The notes beneath the pieces are model-generated. The model saw only the letters and a program-made list of their open reading frames with translations, ran no database searches and was not told where the DNA came from. A stretch of 64,000 bases of DNA, taken from Gammaproteobacteria bacterium (lineage in GTDB: Bacteria; Pseudomonadota; Gammaproteobacteria; Eutrophobiales; Eutrophobiaceae). This document shows, piece after piece, positions 20,222-32,046 of the stretch (positions are counted from its first letter, which is position 1; the number at the start of each line of letters is the position of its first letter). The stretch is taken from positions 3,296,001-3,360,000 of the forward strand of contig OZ244905.1 of NCBI GenBank assembly GCA_965221695.1, read 5' to 3'. Both the position numbers and the translations under genes were made by a program.

Positions 20222-21703
20222 GTGAGACAGATAAAATTGCCGGTATTAATCGCTTGTCTGCTGGGGTTGCTGGCGCCGGCCTGGGCATTTGCCTTGAACC
20301 TGGGCGATATCAACCTGAAATCGCAACCGGGACAGCCCGTGGAGGCGGAAATCCCGCTGACTGTCGTATCCCCCGAGGAACGGAACAGCCTTAAAGTCGG
20401 CCTGGCAGATGTGGCCGGTTTTCGTTGGGCCGGCATTGACTGGTTACCGGCGCATAACCGGTTGCAATTCGAATTGCGGCGTGCTGGCGACGGCACAGAT
20501 TATATCCGAGTCCATAGCGATGAGACGATGCAGGTGTCCGCATTGCGCTTTTTGTTGAAGGTGTCTTGGTCCAAGGGACGGCTATTCCGGGAATATACCC
20601 TGGAATTCGGCAATCAGACCGGCGCCGCCGTGAGCGCGGCCGAATCTGCTCGGCAAGATGCCAGCGCAGTGGTTCAGGAGTCTCGTAAGTATCAGGTCTT
20701 GCGGCATGATACCTTGTGGGAGATTGCCCTGGAGCTGCGACCGGATACTTCCGTTTCCATCCAGCAGATGATGCTGGCTTTGCTGCGGGTCAATACGGAT
20801 TCGTTCAGCTACGATAATATCAACTGGCTGAAGGCAGGCGAGACGCTGTGGATACCGAGTTACTTCGAAATGCAGACGCTGTCGAAGACTGAGGCATTAG
20901 CTGAAACGTTGGCCCAGAACAACGTCTGGCGCGAAGCGCGCGGTCTGGCCACGGTTGATGCCGGCTGGTTGGCCAGCGCCAACGTGTCTGCGCTGGACGG
21001 AGGATTGCGCCTGGCGCGGGTTGAGAGAGAAGACCTCCAGGGTTATGACGCTTCAAGGTTCGATGCGGGCGGGTCTTATGACGCACAGGCCTTGACGCTG
21101 GCCAATGAGCAGCTTGTGGAACTGTCCCAAGAGAAACTCGAACTTGAGGACAAGCTGTCCGAAGCCGAGGCGATTATTGAAGATCTGAGACGACTGGTCG
21201 AACTCAAGGATGATGAACTGGCTGCTTTGCAGAGTCAATCGCTTGACGGTCAGGCGAAGCCGGTACCCGAGCAGTTGGAACGATTGCAATCATTATTCGA
21301 GTCCATGGTCAGGCTGCTCAGGGATCATTGGGAAATTACGCTGGCCGGCATTACTGCGATGTTAATCCTGGCAGTTTGGCTGGCGCTGCGCAGAAAACCC
21401 GCTGATAACACACTGGGGCAGGCGACCCCCGCCGCCTCGATCCGACCCGATTTTGCCGGTATGGCGCGTGGCGAGCCAGCGACTTCTCACCATGAAGATG
21501 AGATTGGTGAGGACGACACAGACGCCGAGCAGTTGGATACGGCCGAGCACGCGGCTCACAACAAACTCGATCTGGCCAGGGCGTATCTCGAACTGGGCGA
21601 TGATGAGAACGCACACTCCATCCTGGAGGAAGTCCTGGCGGATGGGAATGCGGCGCAAAAGGAAGAGGCCCGGCAGTTATTGGCCCGGATTGAATCCTTA
21701 TGA
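20222..21703 (+). CDS. fimV: FimV/HubP-family polar landmark protein
   Basis: ALNLGDINLKSQPGQP, LysM-like DTLWEIA, C-terminal KLDLARAYLELGD; asd-fimV-truA synteny. Confidence 0.88.
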   Translation: MRQIKLPVLIACLLGLLAPAWAFALNLGDINLKSQPGQPVEAEIPLTVVSPEERNSLKVGLADVAGFRWAGIDWLPAHNRLQFELRRAGDGTDYIRVHSDETMQVSALRFLLKVSWSKGRLFREYTLEFGNQTGAAVSAAESARQDASAVVQESRKYQVLRHDTLWEIALELRPDTSVSIQQMMLALLRVNTDSFSYDNINWLKAGETLWIPSYFEMQTLSKTEALAETLAQNNVWREARGLATVDAGWLASANVSALDGGLRLARVEREDLQGYDASRFDAGGSYDAQALTLANEQLVELSQEKLELEDKLSEAEAIIEDLRRLVELKDDELAALQSQSLDGQAKPVPEQLERLQSLFESMVRLLRDHWEITLAGITAMLILAVWLALRRKPADNTLGQATPAASIRPDFAGMARGEPATSHHEDEIGEDDTDAEQLDTAEHAAHNKLDLARAYLELGDDENAHSILEEVLADGNAAQKEEARQLLARIESL

Positions 21704-22491
21704 TGAAATTTGCCGCCGGTGTTGAGTATGATGGCTCTCATTACTCAGGATGGCAAATACAGAAACATTCGGAGTCGGTACAGGAACAAGTGGAAGCTGC
21801 CCTGACGGCCGTGGCCGATCATTCGGTTGCAGTAACCTGTGCCGGCAGAACGGATGCAGGCGTACATGCGCTGAACCAGGTGGTCCATTTTGAATCAGGC
21901 GCCGAACGGGATTCGCATTCCTGGGTCCTGGGCGCCAACACCCACCTGCCCGGAGATATCAGCCTGACCTGGGCAAAACCCGTCCAGGTCGACTTCCATG
22001 CCCGTTACTCGGCAACGAGTCGCATCTACAAGTATATTATCCTGAACCGGCCGGCGCGCCCGGGCCTCGGCCATGGTTATGTTACCTGGGAGTGCCGCCG
22101 CCTGGATGTTGGCAAGATGTCGGAGGCTGCGACCTCGCTGGTGGGCGAGCATGACTTTACATCGTACCGGGCGACATCCTGTCAGGCGAAATCGCCGGTG
22201 AGGAAGGTTTTGAGCCTGAGCGTCAAAAGGGAAAATGAGTACGTGGTCATCGTGGTTGAAGCCAACGCTTTTCTGCACCACATGGTGCGCAACATCGCAG
22301 GTGTGCTGATCGCCATCGGCATGGGCAAACATGAAGTAGGTTGGGAAGCCGAGGTGCTTGGCGCAAAACGCAGGGACCGCGGCGGCGTGACCGCAGCGCC
22401 GGACGGGCTTTACCTGGCAGGCGTGAATTATCCGCAAAAATATGGTATTCCCGGACAACACAGAGACAGCCATACGAACTATTATTTATGA
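21700..22491 (+). CDS. truA: tRNA pseudouridine(38-40) synthase
   Basis: EYDGSHYSGWQ, AGRTDAGVHA, FLHHMVRNIAG. Confidence 0.97.
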   Translation: MMKFAAGVEYDGSHYSGWQIQKHSESVQEQVEAALTAVADHSVAVTCAGRTDAGVHALNQVVHFESGAERDSHSWVLGANTHLPGDISLTWAKPVQVDFHARYSATSRIYKYIILNRPARPGLGHGYVTWECRRLDVGKMSEAATSLVGEHDFTSYRATSCQAKSPVRKVLSLSVKRENEYVVIVVEANAFLHHMVRNIAGVLIAIGMGKHEVGWEAEVLGAKRRDRGGVTAAPDGLYLAGVNYPQKYGIPGQHRDSHTNYYL

Positions 22492-23114
22492 CCAGGATAA
22501 AGATCTGCGGCATAACCCGAAGTGAAGATGCCCGCGCCGCGATCGATGCCGGCGCGCATGCCCTGGGCTATGTCTTCTACCGGCCGAGCCCGCGCTATGT
22601 TGAACCCTTTGCCGCCCGGGATATCATCAGCCGGCTGCCGCCGTTTACCGCCAGTGTCGGCCTGTTCGTGGATGCGGAACGGGAATTCGTCGCCAACTTG
22701 CTGGAAACGGTCCCCCTGGATATCATTCAGTTTCACGGCAATGAAGATGCGGACTTTTGCGGCAGTTTCGGCAGGCCTTACATCAAGGCCGTAAGCATGA
22801 AACCGAACATCGATTTACCGATGGTTTGCCGCAACTACGCCAATGCCGCAGCCCTGCTGCTGGACAGTCACTCGGGAACCGCCCCCGGGGGAACGGGTGT
22901 GAGCTTTGACTGGCGTATTATCCCGCCCGGTTTATCCAGGCCCATCATCCTAGCCGGCGGGCTGACGCCGGCGAACGTGCGCCGCGCCATCCGCGCCTGT
23001 GCGCCGTATGCGGTCGATGTAAGCAGCGGGGTCGAACTTGAGAAGGGTATCAAGGATAAAACAGCCATAGTGAATTTCATACGCGAGGTAAAACAAGCCG
23101 ATGACAGTGCCTGA
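22488..23114 (+). CDS. trpF: Phosphoribosylanthranilate isomerase
   Basis: [10 protein letters not shown] (ATG 22488), [23 protein letters not shown]. Confidence 0.96.
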   Translation: MTRIKICGITRSEDARAAIDAGAHALGYVFYRPSPRYVEPFAARDIISRLPPFTASVGLFVDAEREFVANLLETVPLDIIQFHGNEDADFCGSFGRPYIKAVSMKPNIDLPMVCRNYANAAALLLDSHSGTAPGGTGVSFDWRIIPPGLSRPIILAGGLTPANVRRAIRACAPYAVDVSSGVELEKGIKDKTAIVNFIREVKQADDSA

Positions 23115-24291
23115 CGAAAGCGGCCATTTTGGCATTTATGGCGGCAGGTTTGTCGCTGAGACGCTGGTTGAACCCCTGCAAGAGTTGACCCGCGCGGTCG
23201 GGAACTACCTTCAGGATGAGGACTTCCTGGCAGAGTTTGACCGCGACCTGAAGACGTTCGTGGGCAGGCCCTCGCCCCTGTACCACGCGCGCAGGTGGAG
23301 TGACAGCTTGGCCGGCCCCCGGGTCTTTCTGAAGCGCGAGGATTTGAATCACACCGGCGCCCACAAGGTCAATAACACGGTGGGCCAGGCCCTGCTGGCG
23401 AAACGCATGGGAAAGACCCGGCTCATTGCGGAGACCGGCGCGGGCCAGCATGGGGTCGCCACTGCTACGGTTGCCGCCCGCCTCGGCCTTGAGTGTGTGG
23501 TGTATATGGGCGCCGAGGACATACGGCGCCAGGCCGTGAATGTTTTCCGGATGAAGCTGCTGGGAGCTGAGGTCGCAGAGGTCACTTCCGGTTCGCAGAC
23601 CCTGAAAGATGCGATGAATGAAGCGATGCGGGACTGGGTCAGTAATGTCGACGATACATTCTATATTATCGGCACCGTGGCCGGGCCCCATCCCTACCCG
23701 GCGCTGGTCAGGGAGCTGCAGTCCGTTATCGGCAGGGAAGCCCGCCGGCAATGCCTGGAGACGACCGGCAGGTTGCCCGATGTGCTCGTTGCCTGCGTCG
23801 GTGGAGGATCTAATGCCATCGGGTTGTTCCACCCATTTCTGCAGGATGAGTCAGTCAGGTTGATCGGGGTGGAAGCCGGCGGCCTGGGGCTGGATACGGG
23901 CCGGCATGCGGCCCCGTTGAGCGCCGGCAAGCCTGGCGTACTGCACGGCAACAGGAGTTACCTGATGGAAGACGAACATGGACAAATCCTGCCGACCCAT
24001 TCCATTTCAGCCGGACTCGATTACCCCGGCGTGGGTCCGGAGCATGCCTGGCTCAAGGATAGCGGCAGGGTGGAATACGTGTCGGTGAATGACGCAGAAG
24101 CCGTCGCCGCGTTCCACGACCTGACGCGCACGGAGGGGATCATGCCGGCGCTGGAATCCAGCCATGCGCTGGCGCAGGTGACGAAACTTGCGAGTGGTCT
24201 GGACCGGGAACAGGTGGTTATCGTCAATTTATCCGGCCGGGGCGACAAGGATATTGAAACCATCGCGACCATGGAAGGCATCACGCTTTAG
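23101..24291 (+). CDS. trpB: Tryptophan synthase beta subunit
   Basis: [37 protein letters not shown]. Confidence 0.98.
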   Translation: MTVPDESGHFGIYGGRFVAETLVEPLQELTRAVGNYLQDEDFLAEFDRDLKTFVGRPSPLYHARRWSDSLAGPRVFLKREDLNHTGAHKVNNTVGQALLAKRMGKTRLIAETGAGQHGVATATVAARLGLECVVYMGAEDIRRQAVNVFRMKLLGAEVAEVTSGSQTLKDAMNEAMRDWVSNVDDTFYIIGTVAGPHPYPALVRELQSVIGREARRQCLETTGRLPDVLVACVGGGSNAIGLFHPFLQDESVRLIGVEAGGLGLDTGRHAAPLSAGKPGVLHGNRSYLMEDEHGQILPTHSISAGLDYPGVGPEHAWLKDSGRVEYVSVNDAEAVAAFHDLTRTEGIMPALESSHALAQVTKLASGLDREQVVIVNLSGRGDKDIETIATMEGITL

Positions 24292-24317
24292 GAAGCTCTG
24301 ATTAAGTCAGAGCTTCC
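24291..24317. mobile_element. Minimal 27-bp MITE (TIR hairpin only)
   Basis: GGAAGCTCTGA-TTAAG-TCAGAGCTTCC flanked by a TTTA duplication (24287-24290, 24318-24321). Confidence 0.8.
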
Positions 24318-24394
24318 TTTAATGTAAAAGTGCTGTCCCCGGCATTCGGATTGTTGTACTCTATATTGTTTGCATACTTCAGTCCTGGCAACAG

Positions 24395-25204
24395 ATGAGT
24401 CGCATTTCTTCCACATACCGGACACTTAAGCAGCACGAAAAAAAGGCGCTGGTTACCTTTGTCACTGCCGGGGACCCTGAACCGCAGGTCACCCCGGAAA
24501 TCATGCAGGCCCTGGTGCATCACGGGGCTGATATGCTTGAACTGGGTGTGCCGTTCTCGGACCCGATGGCAGACGGGCCGGTAATTCAACGCGCCAATGA
24601 ACGCGCGCTGGCACAAGGGGTTACGCTGGAAAAAGTTTTCGGGATGGTTGAACAGTTCCGCCGGGCCGACAATCATACTCCCGTGATCCTGATGGGTTAT
24701 TTGAATCCGGTAGAAATCTTCGGCTACGAGAATTTTGCTGCGCGCGCCGCTGCGGCCGGCGTTGATGGTGTCATCGTCGTGGATCTGCCGCCTGAAGAGT
24801 CGGCCTCGCTGAATCGGGCATTGCGCGCCAACGGGATTGACCAGATTTTTCTTGTAACGCCCAATTCCACGGCGCCGCGCATTGAACTCATTGCCGGCGC
24901 CGCATCGGGATTTTTGTACTATGTTTCCGTTAAGGGCACTACCGGCGGGAAACAGGCTGACGCCGGGGATATGGCAGCTAAGCTTAAGCTGCTGAGAAGC
25001 AAAACCGATTTGCCGTTGGCTGCCGGTTTCGGGATAAAAGATGCGCAAACCGCGGCGCGGGTTGCGACCTATTGTGATGCCGTGGTCATCGGCAGCGCGC
25101 TGGTGGAGAGGTTGCATGCCGCAACAACGGCAGGCGATGATCTGGCTGCCGAAATCGGCTCATTCGTCGGGCCGATACGGGAATCACTGGATCACGCGGC
25201 TTAA
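24395..25204 (+). CDS. trpA: Tryptophan synthase alpha subunit
   Basis: [27 protein letters not shown]. Confidence 0.97.
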   Translation: MSRISSTYRTLKQHEKKALVTFVTAGDPEPQVTPEIMQALVHHGADMLELGVPFSDPMADGPVIQRANERALAQGVTLEKVFGMVEQFRRADNHTPVILMGYLNPVEIFGYENFAARAAAAGVDGVIVVDLPPEESASLNRALRANGIDQIFLVTPNSTAPRIELIAGAASGFLYYVSVKGTTGGKQADAGDMAAKLKLLRSKTDLPLAAGFGIKDAQTAARVATYCDAVVIGSALVERLHAATTAGDDLAAEIGSFVGPIRESLDHAA

Positions 25205-25215
25205 CGGCGGGAACT

Positions 25216-26076
25216 ATGAGTTGGCTCGATAAACTGCTTCCTTCGAGGATAAAGACCAACAGCGCCAATCGGCGGTCTGTGCCGGAGGGAGTATGGACCA
25301 AATGCGACAGTTGCAATGCGACGCTTTATCGCGCGGAACTGACCCGTAACCTCGAAGTGTGTCCGAAATGCGGTCGACACATGCGCATTAGCGCCCGCGC
25401 CAGGCTGGACAGCTTTCTCGATCCCGATAATCGGGAAGAGATCGCCTCTCAGATCAAACCGATTGACAAGTTGAGATTTCGCGACAGCAAACGCTACAAG
25501 GACAGGCTGGCGGGAGCGCTTAAGGAAACCGGCGAAAATGACGCCCTGGTAGCGATACGGGGAAGGGTAAAGACGATTTCCTTGGTAGCCGCAGCATTTG
25601 AATTTGAGTTTATGGGCGGCTCCATGGGTTCGGTGGTGGGAGAGCGATTTGTGCGCGCGGTGGATGTCTGTATAGAGCGTCGTATTCCGCTCGTCTGTTT
25701 CTCTGCCAGTGGTGGCGCGCGCATGCAAGAAGCTCTGATTTCACTCTTCCAGATGGCAAAAACAAGTTCAGCTCTGGGTAAAATGCGCAGAGCCGGCTTG
25801 CCTTATATATCGACGCTGACAAACCCTACGATGGGCGGTGTGTCGGCAAGCCTCGGAACTCTGGGAGATGTCATTATTGCGGAGCCTGGCGCGTTGATCG
25901 GTTTTGCCGGCCCCCGCGTCATTGAACAAACCGTGCGCCAGACCTTGCCGGAGGAATTCCAGAAAAGCGAGTTCCTGCTGGAACACGGCAATATCGATAT
26001 GATCACCCACAGACGGGACCTGCGCGATACGATTGCGTCAATCCTGTCCATACTTTGCCATGAGCCATGTCGATGA
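25216..26076 (+). CDS. accD: Acetyl-CoA carboxylase carboxyltransferase beta subunit
   Basis: C4 zinc finger, [26 protein letters not shown]. Confidence 0.97.
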   Translation: MSWLDKLLPSRIKTNSANRRSVPEGVWTKCDSCNATLYRAELTRNLEVCPKCGRHMRISARARLDSFLDPDNREEIASQIKPIDKLRFRDSKRYKDRLAGALKETGENDALVAIRGRVKTISLVAAAFEFEFMGGSMGSVVGERFVRAVDVCIERRIPLVCFSASGGARMQEALISLFQMAKTSSALGKMRRAGLPYISTLTNPTMGGVSASLGTLGDVIIAEPGALIGFAGPRVIEQTVRQTLPEEFQKSEFLLEHGNIDMITHRRDLRDTIASILSILCHEPCR

Positions 26077-27389
26077 GTTCCATGCCGAAAATTTTATCCA
26101 GGCCGCGGCAGGGAGACACGCCCAGGTTCGCCTGTCTGGCTGACTGGTTGGCATGGCAAGAAAGCCTGCATTTCACTGCCATCGAGTTGGGTTTGGATCG
26201 CTGCAACAAGGTGGCGCAAAGAATGGGTCTGTTGCAGCCTGAGAGCAAGGTTATCAGCATCTCAGGCACAAACGGCAAAGGTTCCAGCGCGGCCATGCTG
26301 GATGCCATACTCAGGCGCTCCGGCTACCGGGTGGGCGCCTATACCTCGCCGCATTTAACCAGCTATAACGAACGGATATGTATTAACGGCGCGCAGGCGA
26401 CGGATGAACAATTGTGCGATTCATTTGACCGGATCGACCGGGCGCGTGGAGATATTTCCCTGACTTATTTTGAATTCGGCACGCTGGCAGCTCTGGATAT
26501 CTTCCGGCAGGCTCATCTGGACATTATGATACTGGAAGTCGGACTGGGCGGCCGGTTGGATGCAGTGAATATACTGGACGCCGATGTTGCCCTGGTCGTC
26601 ACCATCGACTTGGACCATGAGAAATGGTTGGGATATACCCGAGAAGCCATAGGCAGAGAAAAAGCGGGAATATTCAGGCCGCGCCGGCCGGCAATCTGCT
26701 CGGACCCGCGCGCGCCGGAGTCCATTGCCGCTTGCGCCCGGGAAACAGGCGCTCTGCTGTACCAGGCCGGACGCGATTTTTCCTATGCGATCAATTCCGA
26801 TAGTTGGAGCTGGAGAAATTCGGAGACGGTCTATGAAGGTTTGCCCAAGCCCGGCATCAATAATGACAGGCAGGCGCAGAACGCCGCCGGTGTGCTGATG
26901 ACGTTGGAAATCCTGGCCGATGAATTTCCTGTCGGGCAGGAAACCGTTAAGGCCTGCCTGCGGGATTTTCGCCTCCCCGGCAGATTCCAGATCGTTCCGG
27001 GAGAAACGCCTTGTATACTGGATGTCGCGCATAACCCGCAGGCCGTTGCGGCATTGGTTGAGAATGTGAAGAAAATTCCCAGAGTCGGCGAAACTCGCGT
27101 CGTGATCGGCATGCTCAAAGACAAGAATCACGATGCCGTATTCAGCCGCTTGGCGGAAATTGCCGATCACTGGTATCTGGCTGAATTGCAGGAGGATCGC
27201 GCTGCGGGAATGGAGGAGCTCACACGAGCGTTGCAAAAGCGCCAAGACAGGGAGAAAATTAAACAGTTTAATACTGTTCGGGAAGCCTTGGCGGAGGCTT
27301 CGGCCTGTGCCCGCACCGGAGACCGGATAATCGTTACCGGTTCTTTCGTCACCGTCGGCGCCGCCCTTGATTGTCTGGCAGAGCGATAG
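26067..27389 (+). CDS. folC: Dihydrofolate/folylpolyglutamate synthase
   Basis: [33 protein letters not shown]; exact start uncertain. Confidence 0.95.
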   Translation: MSMSSMPKILSRPRQGDTPRFACLADWLAWQESLHFTAIELGLDRCNKVAQRMGLLQPESKVISISGTNGKGSSAAMLDAILRRSGYRVGAYTSPHLTSYNERICINGAQATDEQLCDSFDRIDRARGDISLTYFEFGTLAALDIFRQAHLDIMILEVGLGGRLDAVNILDADVALVVTIDLDHEKWLGYTREAIGREKAGIFRPRRPAICSDPRAPESIAACARETGALLYQAGRDFSYAINSDSWSWRNSETVYEGLPKPGINNDRQAQNAAGVLMTLEILADEFPVGQETVKACLRDFRLPGRFQIVPGETPCILDVAHNPQAVAALVENVKKIPRVGETRVVIGMLKDKNHDAVFSRLAEIADHWYLAELQEDRAAGMEELTRALQKRQDREKIKQFNTVREALAEASACARTGDRIIVTGSFVTVGAALDCLAER

Positions 27390-27457
27390 CGCGGGCAGCT
27401 TTGACTTAATCCGGGTTTGCCGCGCTCACAAAATAGATGAATGGCTGATAAAGCAAT

Positions 27458-28024
27458 ATGGAGCAGAGATTGAAAGAAAGAATAACCGGCGCTATCGTGC
27501 TGGCGCTGATCGCCGTAATCCTGGCGCCGCTGATGCTGGATGACGGCCGCAACAGGGATACCGGGATTACCACCACCAACATTCCGGAACTGCCGGATGA
27601 TGAATTCACGACGCGCCTGATACCTATTCCGCAACAAGATGATGTGGTTCCTGTTGAGCGGCGGGTCGATGCCGTTCGCGCACAGCCGGAGACGGATAAC
27701 GGGAACGAGGTGGTAACGAATCTCACGGCCGAGCCGGAACAGGTTGCTGCCGTTGTTGACGCCGAAGTCAAGCCTGGCGAATTAACCGGATGGGTCGTGC
27801 AGGTAGGCAGTTTTTCCAGAAAAAATGCCGATAATCTCAATAATACATTGCGTGCGGCAGGTTATCCTGCATTTGTTGCAGATGAGCCGGTAAAAACTAA
27901 AGATGGTTCCCTGTTGTACCGGGTCAGGATAGGTCCGGAAGTCCTGCGTTCCGAAGCCATCAAGCTCAAGGCCGAACTTAAAAAGGAAATGGATCTGGAT
28001 GGTTTTGTGCTGAACTATCCGTAA
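27458..28024 (+). CDS. dedD: SPOR-domain cell division protein (DedD-like)
   Basis: LKERITGAIVL TM segment, WVVQVGSFS, YRVRIGP; folC-dedD-cvpA synteny. Confidence 0.85.
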   Translation: MEQRLKERITGAIVLALIAVILAPLMLDDGRNRDTGITTTNIPELPDDEFTTRLIPIPQQDDVVPVERRVDAVRAQPETDNGNEVVTNLTAEPEQVAAVVDAEVKPGELTGWVVQVGSFSRKNADNLNNTLRAAGYPAFVADEPVKTKDGSLLYRVRIGPEVLRSEAIKLKAELKKEMDLDGFVLNYP

Positions 28025-28074
28025 CCCATGCCTGTCAACCGCCAGGGTCGGATGACAGCTTGGCGCTCCTGATC

Positions 28075-28602
28075 ATGGAAGGCGTCGACATCGGCATCCT
28101 TGTAGTTTTGTGTCTACCCGCCATAGTGGGGTTGCTGTACGGCTTGTTGAATATCCTGTTTTCCGTTGTTGCCTGGGGCATGGCCATTCTGGTTGCCATT
28201 AAATTCAGCGGCTATTTTTCCCCCTTGCTGGGAGAGCTCCTGGAACCGGCGCTCAGGAGTGTCGTCACTTTTGCCGGGGTATTTATCATCAGCCTGGTAA
28301 TTTTCACGGCATTAGGGTATTTTGTCGTGAAACTGCTCGGCAGGACAGGACTGACCGCCGCCGACAGGTTGTTGGGTTTCTTTTTCGGAATAGGACTGGG
28401 CGGGGCGATTATCACCATTCTCATTTTTCTGGCGGGTTTTACATCCATATCAAAACATGAATGGTGGCATGAAGCCGCTTTGGTCGAGCCATTCCAACGC
28501 ATATGCGTATGGGGACGCCGATTTCTTCCTGAAGATATTGCCGTTTATCATCGTTATGAACCGGTCCGTGGACAGACCAGAGAGGGCAACCGACAGATTT
28601 AA
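28075..28602 (+). CDS. cvpA: CvpA family protein
   Basis: Hydrophobic protein, TGLTAADRLLGFFFG; directly upstream of purF. Confidence 0.88.
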   Translation: MEGVDIGILVVLCLPAIVGLLYGLLNILFSVVAWGMAILVAIKFSGYFSPLLGELLEPALRSVVTFAGVFIISLVIFTALGYFVVKLLGRTGLTAADRLLGFFFGIGLGGAIITILIFLAGFTSISKHEWWHEAALVEPFQRICVWGRRFLPEDIAVYHRYEPVRGQTREGNRQI

Positions 28603-28632
28603 TCTGTTCCCTGAAAGCTAACAGTAAAACTA

Positions 28633-30150
28633 ATGTGTGGAATTATCGGAATCGTTGCTGGATCGAATGTCAATCAGGCGCTGTTTGACGGCCTGACGAT
28701 CCTGCAACACCGGGGCCAGGATGCGGCCGGTATTGTCACCAGTGATAACGCCCGGCTTTATCTCTGTAAAAACAACGGCCTGGTCAGGGATGTTTTCAAC
28801 CCTCAACAAATGCTTAACCTCAAGGGCCATATGGGTATCGGACATATCCGCTATCCCACTGCCGGCTGTTCATCTTCCTCCGAAGCGCAACCGTTTTATG
28901 TCAACTCTCCTTACGGGATCGCCCTGGCTCATAACGGGAATCTTACCAACAGCGAAGAACTCAAACGTGACCTCATTATGGACGAATTGAGACATATCAA
29001 TACCGAATCGGATTCCGAGGTGTTACTGAATATCCTGGCTTTTGAGTTGCAGCGGATCGGCAAGCTCAAAAAAGATCTGACGCCTGAAGATATTTTTTCC
29101 GCAGTGCGCAGGCTGCATCAACGTTGCTGCGGTGGCTATTCAGCCGTTGCGCTCATCTCAGGTGTGGGCGTGCTTGCTTTTCGCGACCGTTTCGGCATAC
29201 GCCCGGTTGTCTATGGCGAGCGCGCAACCGCTCACGGGAAAGAATATGTGGTTGCCTCGGAAAGCGTGGCCATTAACGCCCTGGGTTTCAATGTCACTCG
29301 TGATGTGGCGCCGGGAGAGGCGATTTTTATCAGCGAACAGGGCGAACTGTTTTTCGAGCAGTGTGCGGACGATCCTCAACATTCACCTTGTATCTTTGAA
29401 TACGTGTACCTTGCCAGGCCGGATTCCGTTATTGACAATATTTCCGTGTACAAAACCCGCTTGCGCATGGGCGAGACGCTGGCCGCGAAGATTCTACGGC
29501 TGCGTCCTGATCATGATATAGACGTAGTGATCCCCATCCCGGATACGGGGCGCACCGCGGCTTTGCCCCTGGCCTATGATCTGGGCGTAAAATACCGTGA
29601 GGGATTCATCAAGAACCGTTATATTCCGCGCACCTTCATCATGCCCGGTCAGAGCGTGAGAAAAAAGTCTGTCAGACAGAAACTAAATGCCATCGAACTG
29701 GAGTTTCGCGGGAAGAATGTGTTGCTCGTGGATGACTCCATCGTGCGCGGCACCACCTCCAGGGAAATCGTGCAAATGGCGCGAGATGCTGGCGCGGCAA
29801 AAGTGTATTTCGCCTCTGCGGCGCCGCCAGTGTTGTATCCGAATGTCTACGGCATCGACATACCGACTCCGGACGAGTTGGTTGCCCATGGCAGGAGTGA
29901 AGACGAAGTCTGCGCAGCCATCGGCGCCGACTGGTTGATCTACCAGGAGGTCGACGACCTGGTGGACGCGGCTAGTGAAGGGAATCCGAATATAAACCGG
30001 TTTGAAATGTCTGTGTTTACCGGCGAATACGTGACCGGAGACGTAACTGACGCCTATCTGGCCAACCTGTCCATACAGCGCAGCGATTCAGCCAAACAGG
30101 CCCGCTCGGTGGTGGACGATGTATTCAAAGACCTGTCTAACATGGTGTAG
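28633..30150 (+). CDS. purF: Amidophosphoribosyltransferase
   Basis: [27 protein letters not shown]. Confidence 0.98.
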   Translation: MCGIIGIVAGSNVNQALFDGLTILQHRGQDAAGIVTSDNARLYLCKNNGLVRDVFNPQQMLNLKGHMGIGHIRYPTAGCSSSSEAQPFYVNSPYGIALAHNGNLTNSEELKRDLIMDELRHINTESDSEVLLNILAFELQRIGKLKKDLTPEDIFSAVRRLHQRCCGGYSAVALISGVGVLAFRDRFGIRPVVYGERATAHGKEYVVASESVAINALGFNVTRDVAPGEAIFISEQGELFFEQCADDPQHSPCIFEYVYLARPDSVIDNISVYKTRLRMGETLAAKILRLRPDHDIDVVIPIPDTGRTAALPLAYDLGVKYREGFIKNRYIPRTFIMPGQSVRKKSVRQKLNAIELEFRGKNVLLVDDSIVRGTTSREIVQMARDAGAAKVYFASAAPPVLYPNVYGIDIPTPDELVAHGRSEDEVCAAIGADWLIYQEVDDLVDAASEGNPNINRFEMSVFTGEYVTGDVTDAYLANLSIQRSDSAKQARSVVDDVFKDLSNMV

Positions 30151-30195
30151 TCCGATACCGGATTGAAAGAGTACTAGTAGCGCCCGGCTCGGATA

Positions 30196-30669
30196 TTACT
30201 CTTCTTTCTCGCGTTTGTTGTCCATACCGGAAAACCCGGCGGCCTGGAGAAAACTGTTCTGCATCTGTCGCCAGGCTTCCAGGTTCTGTTCCGTCATTTC
30301 GCTCATTCTGGCGGCAAGTGGATTACCCGTCACTGCCTGTTCGAAGTTTTTCTGCACGCTCTGTTGTTGAGCGCTGAACATTTCCAGGCTTTTCTGCAGG
30401 TATTCACTGAACGCGGACTGGTAGGCGTTGCCATAAAACCGGATGAGCTGGATCAGCATCGGCGTATTGAAGATGGGCTTTCCTTCGTGCTCCTGTTCCG
30501 CAATGATCTGCAATAAGACACTGCGTGTCAGGTCTTCTTCCGTTTTGACGTCTGTGACACGAAACTCGATGCCATTGAGGACCAGTTCCCTCACGTCTTC
30601 CAGGACGATATAGCTGCTTATTCCGGTGTCGTACAGGCGGCGGTTGGGATATTTTTTTATGATGCGCAT
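30196..30669 (-). CDS. phaR: Polyhydroxyalkanoate synthesis repressor
   Basis: IIKKYPNRRLYDT, DLTRSVLLQII, LIRFYG. Confidence 0.93.
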   Translation of the reverse strand: MRIIKKYPNRRLYDTGISSYIVLEDVRELVLNGIEFRVTDVKTEEDLTRSVLLQIIAEQEHEGKPIFNTPMLIQLIRFYGNAYQSAFSEYLQKSLEMFSAQQQSVQKNFEQAVTGNPLAARMSEMTEQNLEAWRQMQNSFLQAAGFSGMDNKREKEE

Positions 30670-30688
30670 AGATGCTCTCTCAGCCGGA

Positions 30689-31870
30689 TTATCGTTCTAC
30701 CGCCAGGGCAACTCCCTGCCCGCCACCGATGCACAATGTTGCCAGGCCCTTACGGGCATTCCGGCGCTGCATGGCATGGAGCAGTGTAACCAGGACCCGG
30801 CAGCCTGACGCGCCGATGGGATGTCCTAGCGCAATGGCGCCGCCATGGATATTTACCTTTTGCGTATCCCAGCCCAGGTCGTTATTGACGGAGATGGCCT
30901 GAGCGGCAAAGGCCTCGTTGGCTTCAACCAGGTCCAATTCATCGACTGTCCAGCCGGCCTTGTCCAGGCAGCGCTTGGTTGCCGGTATCGGTCCGGTTCC
31001 CATGATGGCCGGGTCGACGCCGGCGCTGGCATAAGCGCTGATACCGGCCATTGGCGGCACACCCAGTTCCTCGGCTTTTGTCCGCGACATGACGATGACC
31101 GCCGCGGCGCCGTCATTGAGGCCGGAGGCGTTGGCTGCAGTGACGGTTCCTTCTCGAGTGAAAGCAGGACGCAGTTTTGCAATCTTCTCTTCGGTGACGC
31201 CTTGTTTCGGATACTCGTCCTTATCGAATACGATGGGGTCGCCCTTGCGCTGTGGTATGCTTACCGGGACGATCTCGTCGTCAAATACACCTTCAACCTG
31301 GGCTTGTTCGGCCTTTTGCTGTGACTGCGCCGCGAAGCGATCCTGCTCCTCCCGTGAAATACTGAACTCGTTGGCGATATTTTCTGCGGTCATGCCCATG
31401 TGGTAATCATTGAAAGCATCCCAGAGACCGTCGACGATCATTGAATCCAGCATCTTCCAGTCACCCATCTTGACGCCGGCGCGGGACTTGGTCAACAGGT
31501 GCGGCGCCTGGCTCATGTTTTCCTGGCCGCCGGCAATGATAATATCCGCATCGCCACACTTGATGGCCTGGGCTGCGAGATGCACAGCTTTCAGGCCGCT
31601 GCCGCAGACCTTGTTAATCGTCATCGCAGGCGCTGAATGGGGCAGGCCGGCTTCTATAGCAGCCTGGCGCGCCGGATTCTGCCCGGCGCCCGCGCTCAGT
31701 ACCTGTCCCAGGATGACTTCGTCGACCTGCGCCGGTTGCAGTCCGGTTTTTTCCAATAATGATTTAATAACCGCGGCGCCCATGCTGTGGGCTGAAATAT
31801 TTGCCAGGGAACCGCCGAATGAACCGATGGGGGTGCGCGCGGCCGCGGCAATGACTGCGTCATTGGTCAT
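30689..31870 (-). CDS. phaA: Acetyl-CoA C-acetyltransferase (thiolase)
   Basis: [28 protein letters not shown]; adjacent to phaR. Confidence 0.92.
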   Translation of the reverse strand: MTNDAVIAAAARTPIGSFGGSLANISAHSMGAAVIKSLLEKTGLQPAQVDEVILGQVLSAGAGQNPARQAAIEAGLPHSAPAMTINKVCGSGLKAVHLAAQAIKCGDADIIIAGGQENMSQAPHLLTKSRAGVKMGDWKMLDSMIVDGLWDAFNDYHMGMTAENIANEFSISREEQDRFAAQSQQKAEQAQVEGVFDDEIVPVSIPQRKGDPIVFDKDEYPKQGVTEEKIAKLRPAFTREGTVTAANASGLNDGAAAVIVMSRTKAEELGVPPMAGISAYASAGVDPAIMGTGPIPATKRCLDKAGWTVDELDLVEANEAFAAQAISVNNDLGWDTQKVNIHGGAIALGHPIGASGCRVLVTLLHAMQRRNARKGLATLCIGGGQGVALAVER

Positions 31871-32017
31871 GGTGTATACCTCAATATCAGGGGGTTGTTA
31901 TTGATATGGTTGCAGCATTATAACCAATTCCAGTTGCGCTGCACAATGCAGAAGACTGATCCCTCCAACCCCCTGCATCGCCTTCTATATTCTCTGTCTT
32001 CCGTACTCCGTATTTCG

Positions 32018-32046
32018 GGAACCTCTGAAAATAAGTCAGAGCTTCC
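32018..32046. mobile_element. Minimal MITE copy abutting the lpdA stop codon
   Basis: GGAACCTCTGAAAATAAGTCAGAGCTTCC followed by TTAG. Confidence 0.75.
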
